Positions 8,097-18,449 of a stretch of 45,469 bases of DNA are shown in pieces. Both the position numbers and the translations under genes were made by a program. How positions within the stretch are numbered: the stretch's first letter is position 1; each line of letters begins with the position of its first letter. Under the pieces are notes generated by a model. The model was not told the origin of the DNA. It was given only the letters and a program-made list of their open reading frames with translations, and ran no database searches. Origin of the DNA: Gemmatimonadota bacterium (GTDB taxonomy: Bacteria > Gemmatimonadota > Gemmatimonadetes > Longimicrobiales > Gaopeijiaceae); contig JBDHHQ010000033.1 in the NCBI GenBank assembly GCA_039589315.1, positions 1 through 45,469 of the forward strand, written 5' to 3'.

Positions 8097-9413
8097 TCAG
8101 TCCCGCGGCGCCGGAACGTTGGTCCCGTACTGGGCGTTGATCTCGTCATAGATCTGCTGGACCACATCCGGGAACGGCACCCGCCCGCCGACGATGAACT
8201 CGCTGAAACCGATCTGCATGCTGAAGTCAGGCGGCAGCTTGGGTTGGGTCGCGGGCTGGGGCCAGACGTCCTCTTCGATGGCGGCCATGCGAACCCTGAC
8301 TTCGTCCTCAGTTACGTTGAAGACCATGTAGTCGCTGGCCAGGGCCAAGGGGCCGTCATACGTCTTCCGAATATCCGCCAGGACGTACGGTGCGGTGTCG
8401 AAGTCGTTGAAGAAGTGATAGCCCACCGCCATCCGAGGCTGGATCTCCGCCATCACCTTGCCGAATTGAGCCGGCGACGTGTGCACCTGGGTCCCCACGT
8501 TGAGCGCGGTCTGCGGTGTGAACTTCTGCTTTTCGATCAGCACGACTGGCGGCGCGAAGCACTCGTGGATCGCGATGTCGGCGTCCCTGGTGTGCTCCAT
8601 CCACCAAGAATTCGGAAACGTGTCGCTGCTGTATGCGAACTTCAGACCGTTCCATTCCAGAATGAAGCTGACGGGCCCGTCCAGCGCGTGAATGGCCGGA
8701 ATGGTCCGGATCACCACGCCATTCTCTTCGTAGATCACCTGATTGATGCCCCGGTAGTCGAACTCGGTCACCTCGATCTCCAGGCCGCGGAGATCGACGT
8801 TACCCAACCGGCTTCCATAGTCCCAGGTGAGCATCTCCTGCATATGCTCGAGGGCGTAGGCCGTCCCGAACGCGGTCTCATGACCGGCCGGCCCCCACAC
8901 CCGCATCGGCTGGACCCGGTTGCCGATTGTGCCGCCCACCCATAGGGCGTCCATGTCCCCGAAGTGGTCGGAGTGGAGGTGGCCGATGAAGACCTTGTCG
9001 AGGTAGTCGTAGGGGATCTTGAGGGCGGAGAGTCGCTCCGCCGAGCCCGTGCCGATATCGAAGATGAACTTGTCGCCGTTTCCCAGCTCGACGAGCCAGC
9101 ATGCGGCCGCCTGTTTGGGGCGCGCGTTGGGCATGCCGGTTCCGCACGCGATCACCCGCATCTCGTCCGGGTCGAGAGGCTCTGTGCCGGGAAAGTAGGT
9201 GTCTCGATCCTCCACGACGCCGGTCGCAGAAGGCGCCTGTTGGACAGGCACGGGAGTCATGAACGTGTTCGCGTCCACCGCGTATACCGGAGACACGACC
9301 GAGCGCTCGACACCAGCGGCCCCGTCCGTCTTGCCGAACTCGTAGGCAGTCGACGCCACCGCGGCTACCAGGAGGACCCCAATGACCGCCTTCAGACTGT
9401 TGCGTTTGGCCAT
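8097..9413 (-). CDS. RNase Z-like MBL-fold metallohydrolase (GntH/arylsulfatase-like), exported
   Basis: CGTGMP, FDIGTG, HLHSDH, AIHALDG, SSDT, HEC, VHTSP, YHF; N-terminal signal. Confidence 0.85.
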   Translation of the reverse strand: MAKRNSLKAVIGVLLVAAVASTAYEFGKTDGAAGVERSVVSPVYAVDANTFMTPVPVQQAPSATGVVEDRDTYFPGTEPLDPDEMRVIACGTGMPNARPKQAAACWLVELGNGDKFIFDIGTGSAERLSALKIPYDYLDKVFIGHLHSDHFGDMDALWVGGTIGNRVQPMRVWGPAGHETAFGTAYALEHMQEMLTWDYGSRLGNVDLRGLEIEVTEFDYRGINQVIYEENGVVIRTIPAIHALDGPVSFILEWNGLKFAYSSDTFPNSWWMEHTRDADIAIHECFAPPVVLIEKQKFTPQTALNVGTQVHTSPAQFGKVMAEIQPRMAVGYHFFNDFDTAPYVLADIRKTYDGPLALASDYMVFNVTEDEVRVRMAAIEEDVWPQPATQPKLPPDFSMQIGFSEFIVGGRVPFPDVVQQIYDEINAQYGTNVPAPRD

Positions 9414-9486
9414 GATTCTGCCCCGATCTGCTGAATTCACTCGAACCTCCTGAGCCCAGGACCGCCGTCACCACCTCACGTTAGGC

Positions 9487-10080
9487 TCAGAACCCCACAC
9501 CCACCGAAACGCCCCCAACCCAGACGGGCATCTTTCCGGAGATCATGTCCACGTAGAGCGTAGGCGCAATCGTCCCTCGCCGGCCCAGGTCGAACTCATA
9601 AAGCCCTCCCATCCGAAGCGCTACCTCCGTCCCGGACTCGCCCCCTTCTTCGTTGCCCGCGGCCGAGGGGCCTTCTTCGTGCGCTTCTGATCGCTCTTTG
9701 GAGAATTCGACACCCGGTCCCAAGCCCAGAATCAGACCGCGCGCCACATGAAAGTTGACCAACACGCCCAACAGGGCTTCCCGCTCGTGGCCCCCGAATA
9801 CCGCCTCGCCACCAACGACGAGTCCGATCAATGGGCTGACACGCCGCTCGTAGTCCAGACCGACGGAGAAGCTCGTCGTCACTCCCCCGTCGGCGTTCTC
9901 GGACGTCGCCCCCGTGAACAGGGCAATGTGATTCGCGTGGTGGCCCGAATCTTCTTCCTCGTGCGACTCGGTCTCTGCCTGGTGTTCCTGGGCAGCGCCG
10001 GAGTCCGGACCCCAACCGACAATCCCGCAGACCACGAGCCCGACGGCCAAGACCCCGGTGTGATGGCACCGGTGCTTCAT
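9487..10080 (-). CDS. Small outer-membrane beta-barrel protein with His/Glu-rich segments
   Basis: Signal peptide, EHQAETESHEEEDSGHHANH, alternating strands, ends in GVGF. Confidence 0.65.
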   Translation of the reverse strand: MKHRCHHTGVLAVGLVVCGIVGWGPDSGAAQEHQAETESHEEEDSGHHANHIALFTGATSENADGGVTTSFSVGLDYERRVSPLIGLVVGGEAVFGGHEREALLGVLVNFHVARGLILGLGPGVEFSKERSEAHEEGPSAAGNEEGGESGTEVALRMGGLYEFDLGRRGTIAPTLYVDMISGKMPVWVGGVSVGVGF

Positions 10081-10195
10081 GGGCCCTCCTCGCTAGCCCG
10101 CCCAAGGATGTTGAGTGTTCCCGCTATAGCCGGCTCGCTACTTCCCGGTGGTCCGATCCCCGTGAGGGCCGCCGCTTCTACCGCCCGTCGTTTTT

Positions 10196-10211
10196 AGCAC
10201 TCGCCGTGCCA
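10196..10211 (-). promoter_or_regulatory. Sigma54 -24/-12 promoter for the barrel-MBL-sulfatase operon
   Basis: TGGCACGGCGAGTGCT (GG-N10-GC). Confidence 0.7.
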
Positions 10212-10353
10212 GCGCGTCGAACCGGGTGGAGGAACCTCCTATCACCTTATGTGCGAGTGATTTGGACAGAGCATCCTCTGGTCCGGCTGCTGGACAGGGG
10301 GGACAATATCTTGACCCGTCTCGCATCATCGAATGTGAGTTCGGGTGCCCGTC

Positions 10354-12498
10354 TCAGCCCTTGGCGGGTCTCTCGATGCGGAGTTTCTTCATTCGGTGGC
10401 GTAGGAGCGACGGGCTGAGGCCGAGCCGTTCGGCCGCGTTCCCCCGACCCTTGATCTTCCAGTCGGCGTCGGCCAGAACGCGTTGAATGTGGGCGCGCTG
10501 TAGCTCGTCGATGGTCTCGTCGGCCGCCTGGGGAGTCGGCACGGCTCCGACCTGGATCTCCCCACGACCCTGCCCCGCCGCGTCGAGGGAGAGCTCCGTA
10601 CCGGCGGTCACGATGATCGCGCGCTCGATGGTGTTTTCCAGCTCGCGGACGTTGCCCGGCCACCCGTACGCCATCAGGCTTTCCATGACGGAGTCGGGAA
10701 CCGAGTTGATCACCCTTCCGAGACGACGGCGGTGCTTGGCGATGAAGTGCCAGACCAGCAAGGGAATGTCCGACCTACGGTCTCTGAGCGGGGGTACGTG
10801 GATGGGAAACACGTTGAGCCGGTAGTACAGGTCGGAACGAAAGAGTCCCGCATCGACGGCCATCTCGAGGTCCCGATTCGAAGCGGCGATCACCCGTACG
10901 TCCACCCTGCGCGTCTTCGATGAGCCGACGGGCTCGAACTGTCCTTCTTGTAGCACGCGGAGTAGCCGGGTCTGGAGTTCCAACGGTAGCTCGGAAACCT
11001 CGTCGAGCAGAATCGTTGCGCCGTCGGCGAGCTCGAACCGCCCAACCCGTTTGGACGTAGCCCCCGTGAACGCACCTTTCTCGTGTCCGAACAGCTCGCT
11101 CTCGACCAGGCTAGCGGGCAGTGCACCGCAGTTCACCTTTACCAGGGCGCGGGCCTTGCGACGGCTCTGGTTGTGGACCGCGCGGGCGACGAGCTCCTTG
11201 CCGACCCCGGTCTCACCCGTAATGAGCACCGTGGCGTCAGTACTCGCCACGTGTCGAATCCGGTTGAGCACCGCCGTCAGCGCCGGGCTGTCGCCGACGA
11301 TCTCGTCGAATGCCTGGGCTCCCGCGATCTCTTCTCGCAGATACACGTTTTCGGTCCGGAGTCGGTCCTTCAGCTCCTCGATGGACCGCAACGACATCTG
11401 GACCCGGTCATCCGCGTCCTTGCGTGCGAGCGCGTTGACGAAGATCTCGCCCACCAATCGTAGACGCCGCACCAATTCGGAGGGCCACGTCGCCGGAGCC
11501 CGCATGGCGTCGAGCGCGACCGCCGCAGCCGGCTCCCCCTCGAGCGCCACCGGAACCAGAAGCGTAGACTGAATGCCCTCTCGCTCACAGTACTCGCGCT
11601 CGGCCCGCGCCTCCGGCGGAAAGGACTCGAGGGTCTCGATGGACACGGAGCGATTACTCGTGAGCTCCTCCACCAGCCAGGGGAACCTACCCTCGACGCT
11701 CCTGCCGTCGACCTCGCGGTCCCGTGGTATCCCCTCGGAGCGCCACATGTGAGTGACACGGAGTCTTCTGGGCTGCGACTCGAAGCGGAGCAAGGAGGCC
11801 CGTCCCACCACCAGGAACTCCCCCAGCGCTCGGAGTCCGGCTTCGATCCGGCCGTCGACCTCGCTGCCGGCGAGATTGATGAAGGTAGCCGACAATCGCG
11901 ACGCGAAGCCCTCGAAGTCCAACCGCCGCTGCAGCTCGATCTGGGCCTCACGTCGCGCGAGGGCGCTGGCCACCAGGTCCGCTGCGAGGCCGAGGCGCCG
12001 GACGAGTTCGGAGCTCCAGCTTCTCGGGCTCCGGATGCAGTCGAACCCCAGGTTACCGATGACGTCGCCACCGATGGACAGCGGTACGATGGCGGACGAC
12101 TGGATCCCCGTCTCCCGCGCATAGGCCGTCGCCGGACCCGCCTCGGCGGGGAGCTCCTCCAGCGACTCGAAGACCAGGTGCTCGCCACTCAGCATGCGGG
12201 CCGCGTACCAGGGTACTTGCTCGACGAGATTCACGTCCCAGATCCAGTCCTCGGCGGGGATGCCTTCGGCAGTCCACATGTGCGTGACGCGGAAGGACTT
12301 CCGGTCCTTCGAGAACTCGTCTACGAACGCGCGGTCGACCCCCATGTGCGCCCCGAGCATGGCGAGCGTCTCGTCGATCCGCGGGTCGACCTGGTCGGCG
12401 GGTACGTCAACCATCATCGACGAAATCCGCTTCAGCAGCGCCTCGAAGTCAGGCTTGCTGGCGGTGCTGGATCCTTCCACCGCTCTCGGTCGGCTCAT
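10354..12498 (-). CDS. Sigma54 enhancer-binding protein with two GAF domains (FhlA-like)
   Basis: GETGVGKE, ESELFGHEKGAFTGA, LDEV, WPGNVREL, Fis-type HTH. Start set at MSRPRA (AGAGG RBS). Confidence 0.92.
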   Translation of the reverse strand: MSRPRAVEGSSTASKPDFEALLKRISSMMVDVPADQVDPRIDETLAMLGAHMGVDRAFVDEFSKDRKSFRVTHMWTAEGIPAEDWIWDVNLVEQVPWYAARMLSGEHLVFESLEELPAEAGPATAYARETGIQSSAIVPLSIGGDVIGNLGFDCIRSPRSWSSELVRRLGLAADLVASALARREAQIELQRRLDFEGFASRLSATFINLAGSEVDGRIEAGLRALGEFLVVGRASLLRFESQPRRLRVTHMWRSEGIPRDREVDGRSVEGRFPWLVEELTSNRSVSIETLESFPPEARAEREYCEREGIQSTLLVPVALEGEPAAAVALDAMRAPATWPSELVRRLRLVGEIFVNALARKDADDRVQMSLRSIEELKDRLRTENVYLREEIAGAQAFDEIVGDSPALTAVLNRIRHVASTDATVLITGETGVGKELVARAVHNQSRRKARALVKVNCGALPASLVESELFGHEKGAFTGATSKRVGRFELADGATILLDEVSELPLELQTRLLRVLQEGQFEPVGSSKTRRVDVRVIAASNRDLEMAVDAGLFRSDLYYRLNVFPIHVPPLRDRRSDIPLLVWHFIAKHRRRLGRVINSVPDSVMESLMAYGWPGNVRELENTIERAIIVTAGTELSLDAAGQGRGEIQVGAVPTPQAADETIDELQRAHIQRVLADADWKIKGRGNAAERLGLSPSLLRHRMKKLRIERPAKG

Positions 12499-12537
12499 CG
12501 TGTCGCCGCCTCTGTGGGATTCGATGCCAGAAGGGAG

Positions 12538-12573
12538 GGGCAGAGCATTGCCCACGGGGGCAATATTTGGCCC
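12538..12573. promoter_or_regulatory. Tandem palindromic upstream activator site candidates
   Basis: GGGCAG-N4-TTGCCC and GGGCAA-N4-TGGCCC; a related GGACAA-N4-TTGACC lies at 10301-10316. Confidence 0.45.
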
Positions 12574-12637
12574 CTTCGGCGGAACCCGCAAGGAGGAATC
12601 GCCCTGTGAGTGTCGACCTTGACTCATCTTTCCTGCC

Positions 12638-12653
12638 TGGCACGCCGCATGCT
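12638..12653 (+). promoter_or_regulatory. Sigma54 -24/-12 promoter
   Basis: TGGCACGCCGCATGCT (GG-N10-GC), 43 nt before ATG 12697. Confidence 0.7.
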
Positions 12654-12696
12654 CCGTGGAGGCCGTCGCCATCTCTTCCCTCGAGTTCGGAGGAGC

Positions 12697-12948
12697 ATGT
12701 TTCGTCTGGACGTGATCGACCAGGAAGGCGATTCGGTCTTGCGGGTCGCGGGCCGTCTGAAGGGCGAAGCCGTCGACATCCTCTGGGAACAGACCTGCGG
12801 GCTGGCGCCTCCCTACACGGTCGACCTGCGGGAACTTGTGTTCGCGGATGCGCGGGGGCTCGAGGCATTACATCATCTGGAGCAGAGCGGCGTGCGACTT
12901 ATCCACGTGCCCGAGTTGGTGCGGATGCAACTTGAGAGGACGTCCTGA
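12697..12948 (+). CDS. Small STAS-like domain protein
   Basis: LRVAGRL...VDLRELVFADARGLEAL; GGAGGAG RBS. Confidence 0.7.
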   Translation: MFRLDVIDQEGDSVLRVAGRLKGEAVDILWEQTCGLAPPYTVDLRELVFADARGLEALHHLEQSGVRLIHVPELVRMQLERTS

Positions 12949-13188
12949 GTCCGCTCTCTCTGGGTCGGCGGTTTGAGCGGGAATGGGGTCAAGTCCGTGC
13001 GCGGATGGGGACCCGCGGGGCACGGTCACGTTCTACGCCTTCCCAGATGACCACTGGAAACATCTTCGTACGACCAACGTGTGGAGAGCCCGTTCGCGGC
13101 GGTCCGGCTGAGTGAACCGCCCCCACGTGCGCGGGTCCGGCCCCGGCTTCCCACCCACCCTCGGTCGGTGCCGGCGCGGTGCGCCCCT

Positions 13189-13688
13189 GTCCATCGGCGT
13201 CGACAACCCACGCGGACACCCCTCTACCCACTCGTTCAGCACGACCTCGAGACGTTCCTGGCGCAGGCCGCAGAGGGTGATCCCGCCGGCACCGGCGTTC
13301 CCACTTGGGCCGAGCGCGACTTCCGGGCCGACCTGCGGTGCGGCATCCTCGCCCACGGCTTCGGGCGGGCCCGCTGCGCCGACTGCCGCCACGAGTTCCT
13401 GGTAGCGTTCAGCTGCAAGGGCCGGTGCCAACCCTGGAGCCCAGATCGGCGCCGTCTCGCGCTGGGCTGCGCTCCTCGCTCGCATCCATGACGTCTTCCC
13501 GCTGCTCTGCCCCTCGTGCGGCGGATCCATTAGCAACGTCGCCTTCGTCACCGACCCCTTGCCCGTCTCGCATCCGCGAACCCCACCCAACTGCCTTGCC
13601 GCTTCAAGGACGCTCGCAACCCGCCCTCACGGCCCTCCCCTCCGTGGGTCCGACCGCCTGGAACGGCGTTTGGATTCCCTTCCTCTAT
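13189..13688 (+). mobile_element. IS91/ISCR-like rolling-circle transposase remnant with an internal deletion
   Basis: N-terminal Zn domain LRCGILAHGFGRARCADC...VAFSCKGR, followed in another frame (13463-13558) by the C-terminal WAALLARIHDVFPLLCPSCGG...AFVTDP. Confidence 0.8.
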
Positions 13689-13856
13689 GCCGGCGCGCAG
13701 GTAGTCGCTTCCGGCCTGAACCTAGCCGGTGTCGGCCAGGATACGGTCCTCGGTCACCCCCAGCTCCCGGGCGAGGTCCGCGTAGGGAACACCGTCGCCC
13801 GCGGGTCGCTACGAGGAGGGGACCGGCCGGTCCCGACTCCCCTCAGCGGGCTTGGA

Positions 13857-14627
13857 TCAGGAGTCGGACAGTGAGCCGTCGACCTCCAGCGCGATCGCGT
13901 CGAAGCCCACGCCGTCCACGCCGTAGTCCATCACGACGTCGATCTGATACATGCCGGGCGCGTCGGGAAGCGTCCAACGTACACGGTTTGCCGAGATCGG
14001 TTGGATGGAGCCCGCGGTCACGCGCCACTCCGCACGGCTCTTCCCGCCGTAGGCCGTCTGCGCCTCGATGTGGACGACGCGGCCGCGTTGTTCGACGATC
14101 GCCAAGCGAGGCATCTGCCGGGCCTGCAGCGGCAGAGAAGCCCGCTGCGCCACGACCACCTCGTTGTCGCGAATGATGAGCTCGAAACGGCGGGTCACCG
14201 TGCACTGCACGGTGTCGTCGCTGATGTCCCGAAGCACGCCGGCGAAGGTGAACGAGGCTTCGGTGACCGAGTCCGACACCAACTCCAACATGATCCGCAC
14301 GGGGCCGAACTCCGTGTTCAACTCGGTGCCCACCGCCGTGAGATTCTCCGGCGCAAGGACCTCTGCGGACATCCACAGCCCGGGCGTCAGCGTGTTGACG
14401 GCGACGGTGATCTGACGGCCGTCTCGTTGTGCCATTGCCTCCAGCAGTTGACCGGCACCCACCGCGTCACATTGAAGCGGCGGAGGGGCCGGATCCACGG
14501 CACCGTTGTCTTCGCAGCTCGACAGGCCGCTCGTGGCCAGCGACACCGACGCCATCGCTGCCGCGGCGCGCTTCAGCCTACCGTGACGGTTCTTGACGGG
14601 GCCCTCGTCCACCTCCTTGGCTGCCAT
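13857..14627 (-). CDS. Putative lipoprotein with an N-terminal VDPAPPP motif and beta-sandwich domains
   Basis: GGAGG RBS; ATG 2 nt after the radical SAM stop; basic n-region, LSSC lipobox (Cys38), then EDNGAVDPAPPPLQC. Confidence 0.7.
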   Translation of the reverse strand: MAAKEVDEGPVKNRHGRLKRAAAAMASVSLATSGLSSCEDNGAVDPAPPPLQCDAVGAGQLLEAMAQRDGRQITVAVNTLTPGLWMSAEVLAPENLTAVGTELNTEFGPVRIMLELVSDSVTEASFTFAGVLRDISDDTVQCTVTRRFELIIRDNEVVVAQRASLPLQARQMPRLAIVEQRGRVVHIEAQTAYGGKSRAEWRVTAGSIQPISANRVRWTLPDAPGMYQIDVVMDYGVDGVGFDAIALEVDGSLSDS

Positions 14628-14629
14628 GA

Positions 14630-16354
14630 CTATGCCTCCGAGCTCTGCGCCAATGTCGTGGGTCGCGGTAACACCTCCGTGGAAAGTGGACGACCCGTGG
14701 AACTGCTCAACCGGAGAGTCTCCGACGCCCATGGAGCTCGGCCGGACGCGTACTCCTTCTTGCTCGCGTCGACCCCCAACGCCCCGATGCGCTGCTCCAT
14801 CTCGGCCCTCCTCTGCTTCATCTCGCTGACGAAGCTCAGATCCGCGCGTGCCACGCCACGGGCCAGATCCACGGTGAAGGCCTTGACCTCTTCGTGTGCT
14901 TCGAGATCGATCCGAGCCGCGAACGCCAAGGCGTCGCGCATCCGCGTGACGCTGTCCAGACCGATTCGCCGAGACAGGTCCACCAATCCGGCGTGCCATG
15001 CCGGACTCCAGCATTCCGGATAGAACCGCCGAAGAACCTCGTTGTCGAACCGAATCCCCAGGTTGAGGTTGGCGACTCCGTCGGACCTGAAGTTTCGGGC
15101 CATGAACGCAGTGGTCGCGATGCGGAACAGGAGCTCCACCCGTGGATCCCGCATCTCGTAGGTCCACGCCAGGTAATCGCCGCGCAGTCGGTCCTCCTGC
15201 TGGAGAATCACCTTGAGAGGGGTGCCGGCGTAGACCTCGGCCCTGCAGAAGTTGAACGGCACATGTGCGAACGACTCCATGAACCCGAGGTTGGCTTCCA
15301 CTCCCGCGAGCGTCGCCTCGGGATCGAAGATCAGCACGTTGAACGAGCAATACAGGTCCAACGCATCGAAGAGCTCGAGCGCTGCTCGGTTGGCTTCCGG
15401 CGTGATGCGCCGGTTGAGGCTGACGATCCCCTCACCGGAATTGGTTTCGATGCCGACGTAGGCGCGAATCACGCCGAGCGACTCGAGCAGCTCGAAGACC
15501 TCTCGCGTCACGTCGTTGGGGCGGCACTTGATGACGAGGCCGATGTCGTCCATGCCCGCCCGTGTGAGCTCCTCGCCGAGAGCCGTGTACCGATCCAGGT
15601 TCTTCCGAACCGACGGCACGAAGAAGTTGTCATCGTGGAAGATGAACAGGCGGACGCCGCGTTCGCGGTATTCCACCTCCATTTCCATGGCGATGTTCCG
15701 CGGGCTTCGCATCCGGTACCGGGCTCCCTCTGCGTTGGCCGCGTAGGCGTAGATACAGCAAAACGCGCAGTCCGCGTAACAACCGCGGCTGCCGACGACC
15801 GGTGCGGTGGGCACGCCGAGCACTTCGTGGGGGAGGCCTCGCCGATCGGGAAAGGGAAGCTCGTCGAGAGGCGGAAGCGGCCGTTTGCCACCGCTTCGGA
15901 CGCCTCCACATGGCTCCCTGGCGACGATTCCGGGAATAACGGTCGGATCGTCGACCACGGTTCGACCGCTGGCCAGCTCGCCGCACAACGCACGCAACGC
16001 CCCTTCTCCCTCATGACGCACGACCAGGTCTACGCCCCGGAAGTCTCGAAGAATGTTGGCGTATTCGAACGTAGCGAAGTGGCCGCCCACGACCACCGGT
16101 ACGGTGACGCCGCTCTCCTTCAATCGATCGGCCAGAGCCAAGAGCTCCGGAGCTCTGGTCTGAAACGGCACCGAGATGCCTACGAGCAAAGGGTCGAGCT
16201 CGACCACAGTCCGCGCGATCGCGTCGGCTTCGGAGGAGTGATTGAACGGGATCAGTTCTGCTCGTAGGCCGTCTTCGCGTACAGCGGCGGCGAGATATCG
16301 AAGAGACAGGTTCTCCTCGAACTGCGCACCGATCAGGACCACGGGTCCGGACAT
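14630..16354 (-). CDS. Cobalamin-dependent (class B) radical SAM protein
   Basis: B12-binding N-domain (EENLSLRYLAA, VVGGHFAT, HEGE), SRGCYADCAFC (CxxxCxxC), FHDDNF, VGIE. Confidence 0.92.
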   Translation of the reverse strand: MSGPVVLIGAQFEENLSLRYLAAAVREDGLRAELIPFNHSSEADAIARTVVELDPLLVGISVPFQTRAPELLALADRLKESGVTVPVVVGGHFATFEYANILRDFRGVDLVVRHEGEGALRALCGELASGRTVVDDPTVIPGIVAREPCGGVRSGGKRPLPPLDELPFPDRRGLPHEVLGVPTAPVVGSRGCYADCAFCCIYAYAANAEGARYRMRSPRNIAMEMEVEYRERGVRLFIFHDDNFFVPSVRKNLDRYTALGEELTRAGMDDIGLVIKCRPNDVTREVFELLESLGVIRAYVGIETNSGEGIVSLNRRITPEANRAALELFDALDLYCSFNVLIFDPEATLAGVEANLGFMESFAHVPFNFCRAEVYAGTPLKVILQQEDRLRGDYLAWTYEMRDPRVELLFRIATTAFMARNFRSDGVANLNLGIRFDNEVLRRFYPECWSPAWHAGLVDLSRRIGLDSVTRMRDALAFAARIDLEAHEEVKAFTVDLARGVARADLSFVSEMKQRRAEMEQRIGALGVDASKKEYASGRAPWASETLRLSSSTGRPLSTEVLPRPTTLAQSSEA

Positions 16355-17266
16355 GGCTGTCTCCCGGGATGTGCCGGCCGATCTGGCGTTTGAGTAGAAA
16401 ACGTGCCGAAGCCACCTGGCGTGACGGCCGGATCGGACCCGCCGACAGCCGCAGTCCGTACTTGGACGTTTTCAGCGGGGCTCAGACGGTTCGCCGATCG
16501 CTGAAACTGATCCACCCCAGCTCCGGCAGCGTGTCATCAATCTGCTTCGTCGTCGTCTTCGTCAGGCCTGCCGGGCCATGGAGGACCGAGCGATCTGGCC
16601 CCGGAACCAGGTCTGGTGCCCCTGACGGCGTCAGCCTCCCCCGCCCGAGAGCCAAAAGAAGCGCCCACCGAGCAGAAGAAGATGCAACACGGCCGCGATG
16701 ATACCGAAGTAGACCGCGTGGCTGAAGTCACGGAGGACATCGACGAGCTCCGGATATGTCATTGCCTTCGGTCGTAGCGATCATCCTGAGATGTTTAATG
16801 GCTGCAGCAGAAAGATGCCAATCGCCCCCCTGACAATACCATATGCAAGCACAGGCCACGCACTGACCCCCTGTGGTCCCATCATCTGGAATGCACCGTT
16901 GACAACGACCAACACGCCGGCTGCGATGAACAGAGCGCGGCAGCCCAACCGGCGCCGGTGGCCGGCGCTCTCGCCCAGGGTCAGGAAACCACTCTGCAGA
17001 ATCGCACTCCAGTCAGACCGCTTGTATGGTATAGGTCAGCCTGGTCTGCGGCACCTACTTGAACATCTTCGCGGCGAGTGACGGATCTTTGTCTGTTCGC
17101 GTCCCGATCTTCAAATACGTGGCAATGCGGACCGTGCCCTCGGTGTGGAGGGTCTCGTGGACTCGGGCAACCGCATCCAGGATGTCCCTCAGCTCGCCCT
17201 CGGCGTTGGTGCCGTTGGGGTGCAGCTCCACGTGAAGAAGCAGGTCTTACCGAACAGGCACGCGAC

Positions 17267-18307
17267 ACCCGGGCGTTCATCGACGAGATCGTGACGGACC
17301 GACCCGTGGTGATGCTGAGCGATAGCGAGCACGAGGCATTGCTCAACACCAGGGCTCTGGAACGGGAAGGGATCACCTCAGACACCCCGACCCCACCCGG
17401 AGGCGAGATCGTCAAGGACGCTGGAGGAGAGCCGACAGGGTGGCTGAAAGAACGGGCGGCGGGCATGTGGGGGTGGCCCTACTTCCCTGAGCTTACGCGG
17501 GAACAGCATGAGGAAGGCATGCGTGCCGTGGTCAAATACCTGAACACAATCGGCATTACGACCGCGAAGGAGCAACATGCCAAGAACCATTGGGCGCAGG
17601 GTTTCAAGGACGTCGAGGCGGACGGGGATCTCACGATGCGCGTCGGCCTGTCCTGGACATACAAGGGGCCTCTGGAGCCGAGCCCGCTGGATGAGCAGGA
17701 AGACGCGATCGCGAACCGACAGCAGTTCGCCTCGGACCTGATCAATCCGGATTTCGTCAAGCTGTCGATCGACGGCACTGCGGGGACGACCGGCCTAGTC
17801 GTTGAGCCCTACCTGTTGACCGGAGACTACGGCATCGCCTTCTACGATCCTGAAGAGCTCGCTGACGACGTGGCTCGGTTCGATGGCGCGGGGCTCGGGA
17901 TCACGGCTCACGCCAACGCCGACGGCGCGGTTCGCCAGTTCCTGGACGCCGTCGAGGAGGCACAGCGGCGCAACGGAGGGCTCACGGGTCGACACCAGGT
18001 TGCGCACGCCGTCGTCGTCCATCCTGACGATCTGCCTCGATTCGCCGAACTCGACGCCACTGCCGAGTTCTCGCCTGGAATGTGGAGGCCATCGCCGCTG
18101 GCCGAGGGCCTGTCAGGCCAGCTGGGCCCCGAGCGAGTCGCACATGTCTTTCCCATGAATTCGCTTCAGCAGCACGAGGGGCGATTCATCCTCGCTTCGG
18201 ATGGGCTGCTCTCTTGGCAGGTGCCCATGGCGGCGATCGAAACGGCGGTCACGCGTCAACTTCCCGGCGGTTCGGCAGAAACGCTCGCCCCGGGCGAAGC
18301 GATCGAC
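17267..18307 (+). pseudogene. Amidohydrolase-3 (YtcJ-like) internal fragment, truncated at both ends
   Basis: HEALLNTRAL...GEPTGWLKE, KLSIDG, HANAD, RHQVAHA, ASDG; no N-terminal HxH or C-terminal strands. Confidence 0.8.
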
Positions 18308-18449
18308 CCGAGCCACCGTGGTCTTCCGCAACACAACTGTGGACCAGCGACCGGGTGGCCTGCAGCTGCGGTGATGCGCCCGTCTCGCATCGCCACCCGA
18401 CAGTCGGCTGAACGCCGGTGATCTCCGCCTCGGGATCGGTGACCGCGCG

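Noticed and set aside
8097..9413. Guanitoxin biosynthesis, suggested by the GntH-like MBL
   Set aside because: Family-level resemblance only; no other pathway genes, and the context is sulfatase-related.
14628..15350. N-terminal extension of the 497-aa ORF
   Set aside because: It overlaps the radical SAM gene in another frame; the RBS and signal peptide support ATG 14627.
16537..16990. Small minus-strand membrane-protein ORF pieces
   Set aside because: Frameshifted, short and not assignable to a family.
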